DNA of 64,000 bases, from the NCBI GenBank assembly GCA_964462425.1, contig CAYWYD010000004.1, positions 12,173-76,172 on the forward strand. The letters run 5' to 3'. The notes beneath the pieces were generated by a model. It was not told where the DNA came from. It searched no databases and saw only the letters and a program-made list of their open reading frames with translations. The position numbers were made by a program, and so were the translations under genes. The stretch comes from an uncultured Thermoplasmata archaeon. Its GTDB lineage: Archaea; Thermoplasmatota; Thermoplasmata; Halarchaeoplasmatales; Halarchaeoplasmataceae. Below are positions 1-9,573 of the stretch, piece by piece; the stretch's first letter is position 1; each line of letters starts with the position of its first letter.

Positions 1-434
1 CGTCTTTTACCTTCCACCGAAACGATCAATACATCGTCTTTCACGTTCAGATCGATATCTTCCTTTTCAACGCCGGGGATATCCACGGTGACCTTTATCG
101 TCTCTCCGGTATCCTGGACATCTGTAAGAGGAGTCCATTCCGATTTCTCCACGTCTTCTTCCTCGCGGTGGAAATAGTCCTTAGCGTTGCCGAACTCGTC
201 TATCTTCGGTTTGCCGTCGGGGCCCTGTCTTATGGAGAAGCCGTAAACGAAGGGATCTTTCCCGGTCCTTTTTCTATTCCGATCGAGCATCTCTTCCGCT
301 AGTTTCTGCATTCTCTCAAATTCCTTATTCATATCGGTGAACTCGAACATATCGGAGAAGATATCACCGAATGGGTCTCTCCTTCTGCGTCTATCGTCCT
401 CATCTTCTTCATCCTCATCTTTTCCATAATTCAT
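1..434 (-). CDS. hsp20: Archaeal small heat shock protein Hsp20 (3' end beyond window)
   Basis: Not in the ORF track. Manual translation from ATG at 434: MNYGKDEDEE...DPFVYGFSIRQGPDGKPKIDEFGN...PLTDVQD...VTVDIPGVEKEDIDL. GGTGA RBS overlaps the upstream stop codon. Confidence 0.9.
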   Translation of the reverse strand, partial: MNYGKDEDEEDEDDRRRRRDPFGDIFSDMFEFTDMNKEFERMQKLAEEMLDRNRKRTGKDPFVYGFSIRQGPDGKPKIDEFGNAKDYFHREEEDVEKSEWTPLTDVQDTGETIKVTVDIPGVEKEDIDLNVKDDVLIVSVEGKR

Positions 435-438
435 ATTA

Positions 439-1089
439 TCACCATATCTTGGTTTTCCTTTTCAGATCTAGTATTATTTTTTCGATCTCATCTTCTCGAA
501 CGTTGAAATATTCAGCTATCTTTTTAGGATCGGTCTCGCCTGAATCGAGAACATAGTAAAGGACCTCTCTTTTGCGGTAATTGTCGATATTGTCGTGTAT
601 ATAGCGATATGCTTCTGAAAGAGCCTTTTCCTTCAGTTTGAGCAGATATTTTCTCTTCTTCTCCAGCCGCTCGATCTCTTTTTCTATATTCTCGATTATC
701 TTCCTGTGTCCTTCGAGGAAACTTCCTTCGATAATCCCTTCGCCTATCTTTTCCTCGATCTCCTCGAAGTTCTCTATGTCCTCGTCCTCGAGATTTTCGA
801 CTTCAGTGCTGAACAATTGTGGCCCGATATCGATCCTGATTGAGAACTCCCTATTCAACGTGTAAGTCTTCGTCGGCGGTCCGCCCTTCTCGCTCTTGCA
901 TTCTTCCGACACCACCAACCCTTCGTCTTCCAGTTTTTCGAGATGTTTAGACACCGCCTGTTGACTCGTGTCTAGATTCCTCGAAAGGGCTAAAGGATAA
1001 TTTTCCTCTCTGCTCAAGAGGTGGAGTATCCTCCTTCTCGTCCTGTTCTGAAGGAGTTGTATCATTTCTTCGAACTCATCTTTATCCAT
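439..1089 (-). CDS. ArsR-type wHTH regulator, Phr/HSR1 (COG1777)-like heat-shock repressor
   Basis: LQNRTRRRILHLL..YPLALSRNL..SQQAVSKHL..GGPP.K.Y followed by a coiled coil; lies between two hsp20 genes. Confidence 0.8.
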   Translation of the reverse strand: MDKDEFEEMIQLLQNRTRRRILHLLSREENYPLALSRNLDTSQQAVSKHLEKLEDEGLVVSEECKSEKGGPPTKTYTLNREFSIRIDIGPQLFSTEVENLEDEDIENFEEIEEKIGEGIIEGSFLEGHRKIIENIEKEIERLEKKRKYLLKLKEKALSEAYRYIHDNIDNYRKREVLYYVLDSGETDPKKIAEYFNVREDEIEKIILDLKRKTKIW

Positions 1090-1120
1090 TCAAACCACTT
1101 TTTATCCGCTGTAAATATGA

Positions 1121-1137
1121 AGGAAAGGGTTTTTGGG
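1121..1137 (-). terminator. Pyrimidine-rich terminator-like tract after hsp20
   Basis: AAAACCCTTTCCT just after the stop; similar tracts at 35963-35980 (+) and 36858-36877 (-). Confidence 0.35.
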
Positions 1138-1140
1138 AGT

Positions 1141-1689
1141 CTATTCGATCTCGATCTTCTTTCCTTTCTTCTCCTCGGTCTCTTTTTTGGGCAGGTCTAT
1201 CGTCAGGATGCCGTTTTCCAGAGAAGCGCCGATCTCTTCCGGCTTCACTTCGTCCGGCAGCGGTAACTGTCTGTGGAAGGACGTGTATCCTCTCTCTTTT
1301 TTCAGATAATCTTCGCCTTCTTCTTCTCTTTCCTCCGTCTTTTCACCGTCTATCACTATATTATCGTCTCTAAGTTCTATCTCTATGTCGTCCTTGTCGA
1401 GACCGGGCATCTCGGCTTCGACTTGATACTTGTTCCCAAGATCTCTCAAGTCGGTCACCGGAGCTCTTCCAGAGGGCATTATACCGCTTCTTCTGGATCG
1501 TGATCTCCGTGGCCTGCCGAAGAATCTATCTAGAGTCCTATCCAGATCTTCGAAGACACTGTCGATCTCCCTGAAAGGACTGAAGAACCAATCGTCCGGA
1601 CTTTCCGCTAGTTCTCTATCGCGTCTTTTCGACCGTCTAGCTAGCCCTTCTTCCTCTTCTTCATCTTCTTTTTTTTCTTCTTCAGCCAT
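1141..1689 (-). CDS. hsp20: Hsp20/alpha-crystallin family protein
   Basis: PVTDLRD...AEMPGLDKDDI...ER.Y.SF.R.LPLP...A.LENGILTI.LPK; ATG at 1689 after GAGGTGA RBS. Confidence 0.92.
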   Translation of the reverse strand: MAEEEKKEDEEEEEGLARRSKRRDRELAESPDDWFFSPFREIDSVFEDLDRTLDRFFGRPRRSRSRRSGIMPSGRAPVTDLRDLGNKYQVEAEMPGLDKDDIEIELRDDNIVIDGEKTEEREEEGEDYLKKERGYTSFHRQLPLPDEVKPEEIGASLENGILTIDLPKKETEEKKGKKIEIE

Positions 1690-1707
1690 TTTGATCACCT
1701 CGTCTTA

Positions 1708-1770
1708 ACAACCTTAAGTTGTAATATCTTCATTTACTAATTAGTATGAAACTAATATATAAAGTTTTTC
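1708..1770 (-). promoter_or_regulatory. hsp20 promoter with ACAAC-N5-GTTGT operator-like palindrome
   Basis: Minus strand BRE/TATA GAAAAAC-TTTATATA (1756-1770); palindrome TACTAATTAGTA (~1735-1746); ACAAC cttaa GTTGT at 1708-1722. Confidence 0.55.
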
Positions 1771-1842
1771 CATGATCTCCCAAAGTGTAGAAAGAAATGA
1801 GAGTAACAACGCTTTTATATCTACCAATATACTCAAAAGGCG

Positions 1843-2229
1843 ATGGATCTGAAAGATCTCGATTTCAAGGTGAAGATAAAGACCCCAAAGTTTCCCACGG
1901 AAGACAAGGAAAGAGTTGTTTCCTGTCTCTCGAATATATTTCCTAAAACCCAGTGGACTCTAGGCGAGGAAAAAATCGAAGGTGAATCCAATTATCTCAC
2001 TCGATTCAAGATGATACTGGAGGATATGCAGATAAGGGACACCGCTCGAGATCATATGAAAAGCAGGGTCACTGGAGACCGATGTTCATTCCTACTTTCT
2101 AAACAGGCCGCCTGCAGCGAAAAGATAAATTTTTCACAGGAGGAACAACCTTTAGGGGAAATAGAGGTAGATATAGTCTGCGACGAGATGATGAAACTTA
2201 TAGATATTCTCACAGAGGTAGAGGAGTGA
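1843..2229 (+). CDS. UPF0201/COG1931 RNA-binding domain protein
   Basis: PTED..V...L.NIFP, Q.IRDTAR, L.KQAA, PLG.I.V motifs. Confidence 0.8.
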   Translation: MDLKDLDFKVKIKTPKFPTEDKERVVSCLSNIFPKTQWTLGEEKIEGESNYLTRFKMILEDMQIRDTARDHMKSRVTGDRCSFLLSKQAACSEKINFSQEEQPLGEIEVDIVCDEMMKLIDILTEVEE

Positions 2230-2230
2230 T

Positions 2231-2998
2231 ATGAACGGAATATTCGTTTCCAATCCAAAGTTCTCATTACGCCCCTTCGAAGAGGTGCTTGAAGATGTCG
2301 AGAAAGAATTTGAAGGGTGGGAGATCATCGCGGAAGAGTATCACGGATGGAAATGTAAAGAGGAGATAAAGGACGCTCTTTCGACTTCAGACCTTGAAGT
2401 TCAGATCCACTCTCCATTGAACGATATAAATATAGCCAGTATAAATCCCCGGATAAGAGAAGTCAGCGTTGAAGAAGTTAAACGATCGATAGAGATGGCT
2501 TCGATGATCGATGCTGAGGTCGTCACCGTCCATCCCGGGGTGTATTCTCCTTTGAGCCAGTATTTGGATTCCGTGCTCGAGATCTCTAAAGGATCTTTGA
2601 TAGAGTTGAAAAAAGCCGCTGAAGAGTTCTCCGTCACTCTGGCAGTGGAGAATCTTCCGGAGATGTGGATAACTTTCTGCAGTGAACCGGAGGAGATAGA
2701 AAAACTGGTTAGAGAGGTCGGTTCGGCTTTTTGTCTAGATATAGGCCACGCCTACATAGCGGATCGCTTGGATGATTTTCTTGAGCTCGATCTTCCTTTA
2801 GCGAATCTTCATCTTCACGACAATCACGGGGAAGAAGATGTCCACCTTCCTCTTGGCCAGGGTGATATAGAACTTGAGAAGGTTCTATCTTCTTTAAAAG
2901 ATTATAAAGGAGGTCTTGTTATAGAAGGTAGAGACTTGGAAGGACTGATCGAGAGCAGGGATCGTTTGAACGAGATTTTAGGTCGCAATACGGCATAA
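2231..2998 (+). CDS. Sugar phosphate isomerase/epimerase (AP endonuclease 2 TIM barrel)
   Basis: H.P..DINIAS, VHPG, LAVENL, LDIGHA, HLHDNHG..D.HLPLG.G. Confidence 0.85.
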   Translation: MNGIFVSNPKFSLRPFEEVLEDVEKEFEGWEIIAEEYHGWKCKEEIKDALSTSDLEVQIHSPLNDINIASINPRIREVSVEEVKRSIEMASMIDAEVVTVHPGVYSPLSQYLDSVLEISKGSLIELKKAAEEFSVTLAVENLPEMWITFCSEPEEIEKLVREVGSAFCLDIGHAYIADRLDDFLELDLPLANLHLHDNHGEEDVHLPLGQGDIELEKVLSSLKDYKGGLVIEGRDLEGLIESRDRLNEILGRNTA

Positions 2999-3039
2999 AA
3001 AATAAATCATGAAGGGTATAATGGGAACGTGACAGAGAA

Positions 3040-4023
3040 ATGGATTGGTCAATCATATTGTATCTCGCAGCGGTGATTTTCTGTCTCTATATGAGCGGCC
3101 GCTTCTCAGGTAGTGAAACCGCATTGACCGCATTGAACAGGATAGAGATAAACAAGATGAAAGACAAGAACGAAAAGCATGCCGAAAAGATCGAATACCT
3201 CAAGCGAAACATGGATCAGACCATCACTACAATCTTGATAGGTAATAATGTCGTCAACGTTGCCGCACCCACCCTTGTCACTTTTATGGTCAAAGAAGCG
3301 ATCGGCAATTGGGCGATCTCGATAGCTAGCGGTATCCTGACATTGGTCCTGCTGATATTCGGTGAGATAACTCCTAAAGGTTTTTCTCTGAAAAATAAAG
3401 AGCGGTTCAGTAAAAACAACGCCGCATTGATCTACTACATGTCCATAATCCTAAAACCTCTCATCATAGCATTGAACAACATCTCGGACTACCTGATCAC
3501 GAAACTCGGAGGAGAGACCGAATCCGACGAGATGGAAGTTAGAGAAACTGACGTCATGCATCTGGCTACGATGCTTGAAGAGGAGGGTGAAATCAAAAAG
3601 ATAGAGAAAGAAATACTTCAAAGAGTGTTCTGGTTCGGAGATCAAAAGGTCAAAAACGTGAAGGTGCCTAAAGAAGAGACCTACGCCCTGGATTCCGATC
3701 TTTCTATCGAGGAGGTAGCGCAGTTCATCCAGCAGCACGGCTTTACTAGGCTACCCGTGACCAAACACGATTCGGACGACGTGATAGGCATCCTCTACAG
3801 CAAAGAAATACTTGGAAAAAAAGAGGGTAAAGTCAAGGATCACGTAAGAGAGCCTCACTTCGTGAGGAACCAAGATGATATCACGAAGGTCTTTCAGAGG
3901 ATGAGAAAGTACAGGATACATCAGGCAGTCGTCAGGGACGAGGATGGAAACTTCGACGGGATAATAACATTGGAAGATGTTTTGGAGGAGCTAGTGGGAG
4001 AGATATATGATGAATTTGATTGA
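3040..4023 (+). CDS. CNNM (DUF21)/CBS-pair membrane protein (CorB/TlyC-like)
   Basis: FSGSETAL, TILIGNNVVN, IFGEITPK, GFTRLPV, GIITLEDVLEELVGEIYDE. Confidence 0.9.
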   Translation: MDWSIILYLAAVIFCLYMSGRFSGSETALTALNRIEINKMKDKNEKHAEKIEYLKRNMDQTITTILIGNNVVNVAAPTLVTFMVKEAIGNWAISIASGILTLVLLIFGEITPKGFSLKNKERFSKNNAALIYYMSIILKPLIIALNNISDYLITKLGGETESDEMEVRETDVMHLATMLEEEGEIKKIEKEILQRVFWFGDQKVKNVKVPKEETYALDSDLSIEEVAQFIQQHGFTRLPVTKHDSDDVIGILYSKEILGKKEGKVKDHVREPHFVRNQDDITKVFQRMRKYRIHQAVVRDEDGNFDGIITLEDVLEELVGEIYDEFD

Positions 4024-4082
4024 CTAAGCTGTGCGGGGCAAGATTAAATAAACTCCCGTACTATATTGATTTTGGAGAGTTT

Positions 4083-5423
4083 ATGAGTATGACTCATGAT
4101 GTGATCATAGTGGGGGCGGGTCCCGCTGGTCTTTTCGCCAGTTACGAACTGAGTGAAAAAGATCTAGATGTGTTAGTTGTAGATAAAGGGAAGGATATCC
4201 ATAAAAGGACAGAAGACAATATAATGTCTGGAGTAGGCGGAGCGGGCACTTATTCCGACGGTACGGTCAATCTTAGACCCGACATAGGTGGAAATTTACG
4301 GGATTACACGAAGAACGATAGTGAAGCATGGGAATTGATAGAATACATAGAAGATATCCTTTCGTCCCATGGCATGCCAGAGCCCAGGGAAGAAAATAGT
4401 GAGCAGGAGGAAAAACTGAGGAGAAGAGCTGCATCTTTAGGAGCTCGGTTTTACCCGATCAGGCAAGCCCACATCGGCTCGGATAAAGCTCCCGCGGTCA
4501 TCAGTTCTTTCAAGGAGGAATTGGAAGACCGGGGAGTTTCTTTCCAGACTGAGACCGAAGTAGAAGATATACTAATCGAGGACAGAAAATGCAAAGGTGT
4601 GATAACTGTCGAGGGCGAAGAGATACGTGCAGATAACACTGTTCTCGCACCAGGAAGAGTGGGGATAGAGTGGGTGCAGGACTTGACCGACCGATTACCG
4701 CTGAAGGCTGATTTTGCCCCTATAGACATAGGCGTTAGAGTGGAAGTGCCGAGTATAATCATGGATCCCGTGATAGAGGTTAATAGAGATCCAAAATTTC
4801 ATCTTTACACGAAGAGTTACGACGACTTCGTTAGGACTTTCTGTACCAACCACAGGGGTTTCGTTGTGGAGGAGAATTACGACGGTTTCATCGGAGTCAA
4901 CGGTCATTCTCTGAAGGATAAGGAATCGGATAAGACCAACTTCGCCTTTTTGGTGCGGACTCATCTTACAGAGCCGCTGGAAGATACGACCAAATATGGA
5001 AGGGCGATAGCCCAGTTAGCTACCACGATCGGCGGAGGAAAACCTATAGTTCAGAGGTTAGGGGATCTGAGAGACGGGCGAAGATCGACCCAGTCAAGGA
5101 TCGACAGGAATCCGGTACAACCAACCCTGAAAGATTACACCCCCGGAGATATCTCCATGGCATTACCGGAACGGGCGGTGATCGATATAAAAGAGGGATT
5201 AGGAATGCTGAACAAGATAATACCCGGAGTGGATTCTGGCGCGACGCTGCTTTATGCGCCGGAGATCAAATTCTACGCGAACCACCTTAGAGTGGATGAT
5301 GGTCTGCAGACTTCCATACCTGACCTTTACGCGGCAGGAGACGGTGCCGGCCTTTCTCACGATATAGTTAACGCGGCAGCGACCGGAATATTGGTTGGAA
5401 GAAGTATTCGCGATGAGTTCTGA
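4083..5423 (+). CDS. NAD(P)/FAD-dependent oxidoreductase (COG2509-like)
   Basis: GAGPAG, GVGGAGTYSDG, RTFCTN..G.V, LY.PEIKFY, GDGAG; likely start is ATG 4083 after GGAG. Confidence 0.85.
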   Translation: MSMTHDVIIVGAGPAGLFASYELSEKDLDVLVVDKGKDIHKRTEDNIMSGVGGAGTYSDGTVNLRPDIGGNLRDYTKNDSEAWELIEYIEDILSSHGMPEPREENSEQEEKLRRRAASLGARFYPIRQAHIGSDKAPAVISSFKEELEDRGVSFQTETEVEDILIEDRKCKGVITVEGEEIRADNTVLAPGRVGIEWVQDLTDRLPLKADFAPIDIGVRVEVPSIIMDPVIEVNRDPKFHLYTKSYDDFVRTFCTNHRGFVVEENYDGFIGVNGHSLKDKESDKTNFAFLVRTHLTEPLEDTTKYGRAIAQLATTIGGGKPIVQRLGDLRDGRRSTQSRIDRNPVQPTLKDYTPGDISMALPERAVIDIKEGLGMLNKIIPGVDSGATLLYAPEIKFYANHLRVDDGLQTSIPDLYAAGDGAGLSHDIVNAAATGILVGRSIRDEF

Positions 5424-5524
5424 TTTTTGAGTTGATTAGAAACGTCCGAGTACCCGTACATGTTATTTTTAAGCTTTCTATCCCGGGAGAATCTATTTAA
5501 CTTTCTTTCGATTTTTCAAACAAG

Positions 5525-6808
5525 ATGACCTACAAGACTATCCAAGATACGATCCACGGAAGCGTGAAGTTCAGCGGTCCATTTTTGGACCTGATTGACT
5601 GCCCCGAAGTGCAGAGGTTGAGAGGGATAAAACAGCTAGGCCTTACCCATCTAGTGTTCCCCGGAGCGAACCACACTAGGTTGGAACATTCCATAGGCGC
5701 ATATCACGTGGCGGACAAGATGGCCCAACAGCTCGAGCTCTCTCAAGAGGAAAAGAAAACGGTCAAAGCCGCGGCGCTTCTTCACGACGTGGGCCACGCG
5801 CCTTTCAGTCATACTCTCGAATTCCTCCTCGAAGAGAAAGACGGGAAGGATCACATGGATATCACCCAGGAATTGATCAGAGGATCTAGAAAGATCGAAG
5901 ATAGAGAACACCCTAGCATACCGAAGATATTGGAAAACCACGGGATCGATCCTGAAGAAGTGGCGGAGCTGATAAAAGAGGAACCTGAAAGGATGAAGAT
6001 AACTGACCTCAACGTTCACGAAGGTCAGAAATACTTCGGAGAGGAAAAATATCTTTATCAGATGATACACAGCTCTCTAGACGTCGATCAGCTCGATTAT
6101 CTCCTGCGGGATTCCCACTACACCGGCGCTGCCCATGGGATCATCGATCTGGAGAGGCTTATCCAGACCGTCGAGATCCACAACGGCAATCTGGTGGTCT
6201 CGAAGGGAGGCGTTCCAGCGGTGGAGGGGATGCTGGTCGCTAGAGGATTGATGTACTCCTCCGTTTATTTTCACAAAACGGCTCGGATCGCCGAATTGAT
6301 GCTGACCAAGGCGGTCGACGAGTTGAAGCACCTACCGGAGAATATTTACGAGATGTCTGACAGGGAATTCTTGAATTTTTTAGAAAGTCGAGGAAAGTTT
6401 CAAGAGGAGATCGTCCAGCGGATCAAATACAGGCGTCTTTACAAGAAATGCATGACGTTGGACCAGGAACAATTGAAAAAAGCGGAAGGTCTGGATATGG
6501 AACGCCTCGATGATCTGGAGCGAATAAGAGAACTGGAAAAACGGATCGCTAGGCGGGAAAATACAGATGAGAACAAGATCCTGGTCGATGTACCTCACGA
6601 GGAGATAAAATTATCAGAACCCAGGTTATCCAAAACCGGTATTAAAATACTCGATGACGGCGATCTTGCCGAGCTTTCAAGTTACAGTCCTTTGGCTAGA
6701 GCTCTACAGAGGCGGCCAACTCAACCCTGGGCTCTGATGGTATCTTGTCCCTCCGAGATCAGGGAAAAGATTGGAGAAAAAGCGAGAAGGGAAATAATGG
6801 GTGATTGA
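5525..6808 (+). CDS. HD-domain dNTP triphosphohydrolase (SAMHD1/COG1078-like)
   Basis: D.IHG, QRLRGIKQLG..VFPGANHTRLEHSIG, LLHDVGHAPFSH, DVDQLDYLLRDS, MY..VYFH. Confidence 0.9.
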   Translation: MTYKTIQDTIHGSVKFSGPFLDLIDCPEVQRLRGIKQLGLTHLVFPGANHTRLEHSIGAYHVADKMAQQLELSQEEKKTVKAAALLHDVGHAPFSHTLEFLLEEKDGKDHMDITQELIRGSRKIEDREHPSIPKILENHGIDPEEVAELIKEEPERMKITDLNVHEGQKYFGEEKYLYQMIHSSLDVDQLDYLLRDSHYTGAAHGIIDLERLIQTVEIHNGNLVVSKGGVPAVEGMLVARGLMYSSVYFHKTARIAELMLTKAVDELKHLPENIYEMSDREFLNFLESRGKFQEEIVQRIKYRRLYKKCMTLDQEQLKKAEGLDMERLDDLERIRELEKRIARRENTDENKILVDVPHEEIKLSEPRLSKTGIKILDDGDLAELSSYSPLARALQRRPTQPWALMVSCPSEIREKIGEKARREIMGD

Positions 6809-6877
6809 TCGTCATCTCCAAATTGGAAGGTGAAGCAAAACCTTTTAAATGTGAGCTCTAATCTTCTTATAGATGGG

Positions 6878-8377
6878 ATGAGTCTGACGGAGGACGAGCT
6901 CGAGGAAGAAAACGAAATCCTCACGGAGGATACGCAGGAATACGGTCGGGTCGGGGTGACTTTTGGTAACGTCGGCACGACTTCTATGAAGTTCAATGTC
7001 TCTTCTTCCGTGAACAAGGGCGAATACGTACAGATCGCTCATCCCAACGTCGGGTGGGTTCTCGGACAGATAGAGAGTGTAGAACGGCAGAGCGACCTCT
7101 CCGTGGATAAGGCTGAAGAGTTGAACGACGGCAAAGAAGTGGATATTGACGAAACAGTTGTCGCCAAAGTGAATATAATAGGCTACAGGGACGAAAAGAA
7201 TCTTTTGAGGGTCCCCGGCAACCCTTTCAGAGCCGGTGAACCAGTTTATTTGGCAGAGGAAGATCTGATAAGAGAAGTCTTAGGATTAAAAGAAAGCAGA
7301 GAGGGGGCATATATAGGAAAGCTGCGTGGGCACGACATCAAGGTGAACATGAACATCAACACCATCGCCCAGAAACATCTTTCCGTGCTTGCTAAGACAG
7401 GCAGCGGGAAGAGTTACACCGCCGGCGTCCTGATAGAGGAGATGCTTAAAAACGACGTCACTATGGTGATATTAGATCCCCACGGCGAATACCGTTCCAT
7501 AGCAAAGGCGGGCAATCCGAAAAGTTCTGAAGTTTTCGAGATAGAACCGAGAGGTTACGGGGATAAATTGACCGAATTTTCACCGAACCCCGAGATAAAT
7601 ACAGGGTCGCAGCCTTTGAGATTCACTTTTAAAAATATGGAGACCAAAGAGATCTTAAATATGTGTGACCTCAACAAGAGGAAGACCTATATCAACAGCC
7701 TAGAAAATGCTAAGTCAAAGTTGGCTCATTCAAAGGGAAGCTTCGGGGTGGGGGACGTGATAAACCTTCTAAAAAGTAACGAAGAGGATGTTTCGACCAC
7801 TTTGATAAAGGGGCTCGAGGAACTTCGGAATAAAAATATCTTCGCGGCTAAAGGCACGAGGATGGACGAGTTGGTCAACGAGGGAAGAGCTTCCATCGTA
7901 AATCTGAAAGGCACCCCTCCGGATATGCAGGGTTTCATCGTCGATAAGATAGCCAACTCGATATTTGAATTAAGAAAGAGGGATAAAATTCCCCCGCTGA
8001 TAATGTTCGCCGAAGAAGCCCATAACTTCTGTCCACAGAGAGGAAAAGTGAGATGTTCCGATACGTTTAGAACCCTAGCTTCAGAAGGTAGAAAATTCGG
8101 TCTAGGTCTAGGTATAATCACTCAAAGGCCCGCGAAAGTCGACAAAAACGTGCTCAGCCAGTGCAACACTCAGATAATATTGAAAGTCACCAATCCCAAC
8201 GATCTGAAAGCGATAGAAAAGTCCGTTGAGGGCATGACTAAGGGGATGAAAGATGAGATAAGTCGTCTTCCGGTGGGAGAAGCCATTTTGTCCGGAGCTG
8301 GTCTTTCCGAACCTCTCCTGGTTCAGGTTAGACCTCGCGAATCCAAAGATGGCGGAGAATCTATAGAGGTTATATGA
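6878..8377 (+). CDS. herA: HerA-family (DUF87) ATPase with N-terminal HAS barrel
   Basis: Walker A AKTGSGKS, DPHGEY, Walker B FAEEAH, EGRKFG, TQRPAK. Confidence 0.85.
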   Translation: MSLTEDELEEENEILTEDTQEYGRVGVTFGNVGTTSMKFNVSSSVNKGEYVQIAHPNVGWVLGQIESVERQSDLSVDKAEELNDGKEVDIDETVVAKVNIIGYRDEKNLLRVPGNPFRAGEPVYLAEEDLIREVLGLKESREGAYIGKLRGHDIKVNMNINTIAQKHLSVLAKTGSGKSYTAGVLIEEMLKNDVTMVILDPHGEYRSIAKAGNPKSSEVFEIEPRGYGDKLTEFSPNPEINTGSQPLRFTFKNMETKEILNMCDLNKRKTYINSLENAKSKLAHSKGSFGVGDVINLLKSNEEDVSTTLIKGLEELRNKNIFAAKGTRMDELVNEGRASIVNLKGTPPDMQGFIVDKIANSIFELRKRDKIPPLIMFAEEAHNFCPQRGKVRCSDTFRTLASEGRKFGLGLGIITQRPAKVDKNVLSQCNTQIILKVTNPNDLKAIEKSVEGMTKGMKDEISRLPVGEAILSGAGLSEPLLVQVRPRESKDGGESIEVI

Positions 8378-8390
8378 GGGGGTTATAACA

Positions 8391-8678
8391 GTGGTCTCTG
8401 AAGAAAGAGTGGAGGAATACATATCTAAAACCGAGGAAGCTTTGGATAAGATCGAGATGGTCCAGCCCGATCGATCACACTTCAAAGGATTGGCGGAAGA
8501 TTTTCTCGAGATGGTGGAAGCTTATCAGGAAGATGCGAAGCATTTTTACGAAGAAGGCGATCTGGTGAACGCCTTCGCCTGTATCAATTATGCGCACGGT
8601 TGGTTAGACGCTGGGGCCAGATTGGGACTCTTCGATACCGGGGGAGACGATCAACTTTTTACACTGGCGGAAGGATGA
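8391..8678 (+). CDS. DUF357 domain protein
   Basis: AY..DAKHF...GDLVNAFA..NYAHGWLDAGARLG. Confidence 0.85.
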   Translation: MVSEERVEEYISKTEEALDKIEMVQPDRSHFKGLAEDFLEMVEAYQEDAKHFYEEGDLVNAFACINYAHGWLDAGARLGLFDTGGDDQLFTLAEG

Positions 8679-8712
8679 GTAAATATGAATATAATTACAT
8701 CTTAGACGACTA

Positions 8713-9573
8713 TCAAACTACTCTCGCACCCTCGTTATCGATCTTCGTCACATAGACGTTCTCTTCTCCGACTTTCTCCTCTAACAAGTCCTTCAACTCC
8801 TCCGTATCTCCAAAAAAGAAGACCGAGTTGCCTATCATGGCCATGCTTCCCTTTCCGGCTTTCTTACCGGCTTCTAAAGCCGGCTTTATACTGTCCTTGA
8901 TGAATTCCGTTTCCTCGGCAAACCTCAACGAAAGATCCAAGAAATGTTCGAAATCGTAATCCGGTTCGAATTCTTCCATCAGCTCTTCTCCGACTGAATT
9001 TATCCATCCGACCATGAACGGATCGTTGAGAATATCGGGAGTCACCAACGGACTTCCGGCTACCGCTAGAACCACGTCTTTCTCTATCTTTTCGACTTTT
9101 ATCTCGCCGGAAGGCGGTAAACCCTTTTTGATCCTTACCTCGAAACCTCCATTGGTTTGTGCAAGAACGTCCCCCATCCCGGTCCTGCAGAACATCTCGG
9201 CCTTGTGAGCCGCCGAAAGGCCCGCATCAGGACTCTTTCCGACTTCCTTCAGCACGGCTAGAGCAGCCGAAAGTGCGCAGGCACCGCTCATACCGAAACC
9301 TTGACTGAAAGGTAGATCCGTTTCGATCTCGACGGTCCCTCCTTTTGCGAAGTTGTAAACGGTCTTTTCCACCACCAAAAAAGAACTCTGTTCACCGTTC
9401 ACTATGATATCCCAACCTTTTCCATCCACTTCTGCTTCCGCGTGAGCACCGAGCTCGACCGAAAAACCGGCACCTTTAGAACCCATCCTGGTATCGTTTT
9501 CGTAATTCTTACCCTCGAAAGGAAGGGTGAAAAAACCCGTTATGTGTGCTGGACAGAACGCTTCACTGCTCAT
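8713..9573 (-). CDS. pok: Pantoate kinase (GHMP family)
   Basis: AF.PAHITGFF, GS.GAG, P.SQGFGMSGA, TGMGDV, SMAMIGNSVF; start ATG 9573 overlaps the coaBC stop. Confidence 0.85.
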   Translation of the reverse strand: MSSEAFCPAHITGFFTLPFEGKNYENDTRMGSKGAGFSVELGAHAEAEVDGKGWDIIVNGEQSSFLVVEKTVYNFAKGGTVEIETDLPFSQGFGMSGACALSAALAVLKEVGKSPDAGLSAAHKAEMFCRTGMGDVLAQTNGGFEVRIKKGLPPSGEIKVEKIEKDVVLAVAGSPLVTPDILNDPFMVGWINSVGEELMEEFEPDYDFEHFLDLSLRFAEETEFIKDSIKPALEAGKKAGKGSMAMIGNSVFFFGDTEELKDLLEEKVGEENVYVTKIDNEGARVV

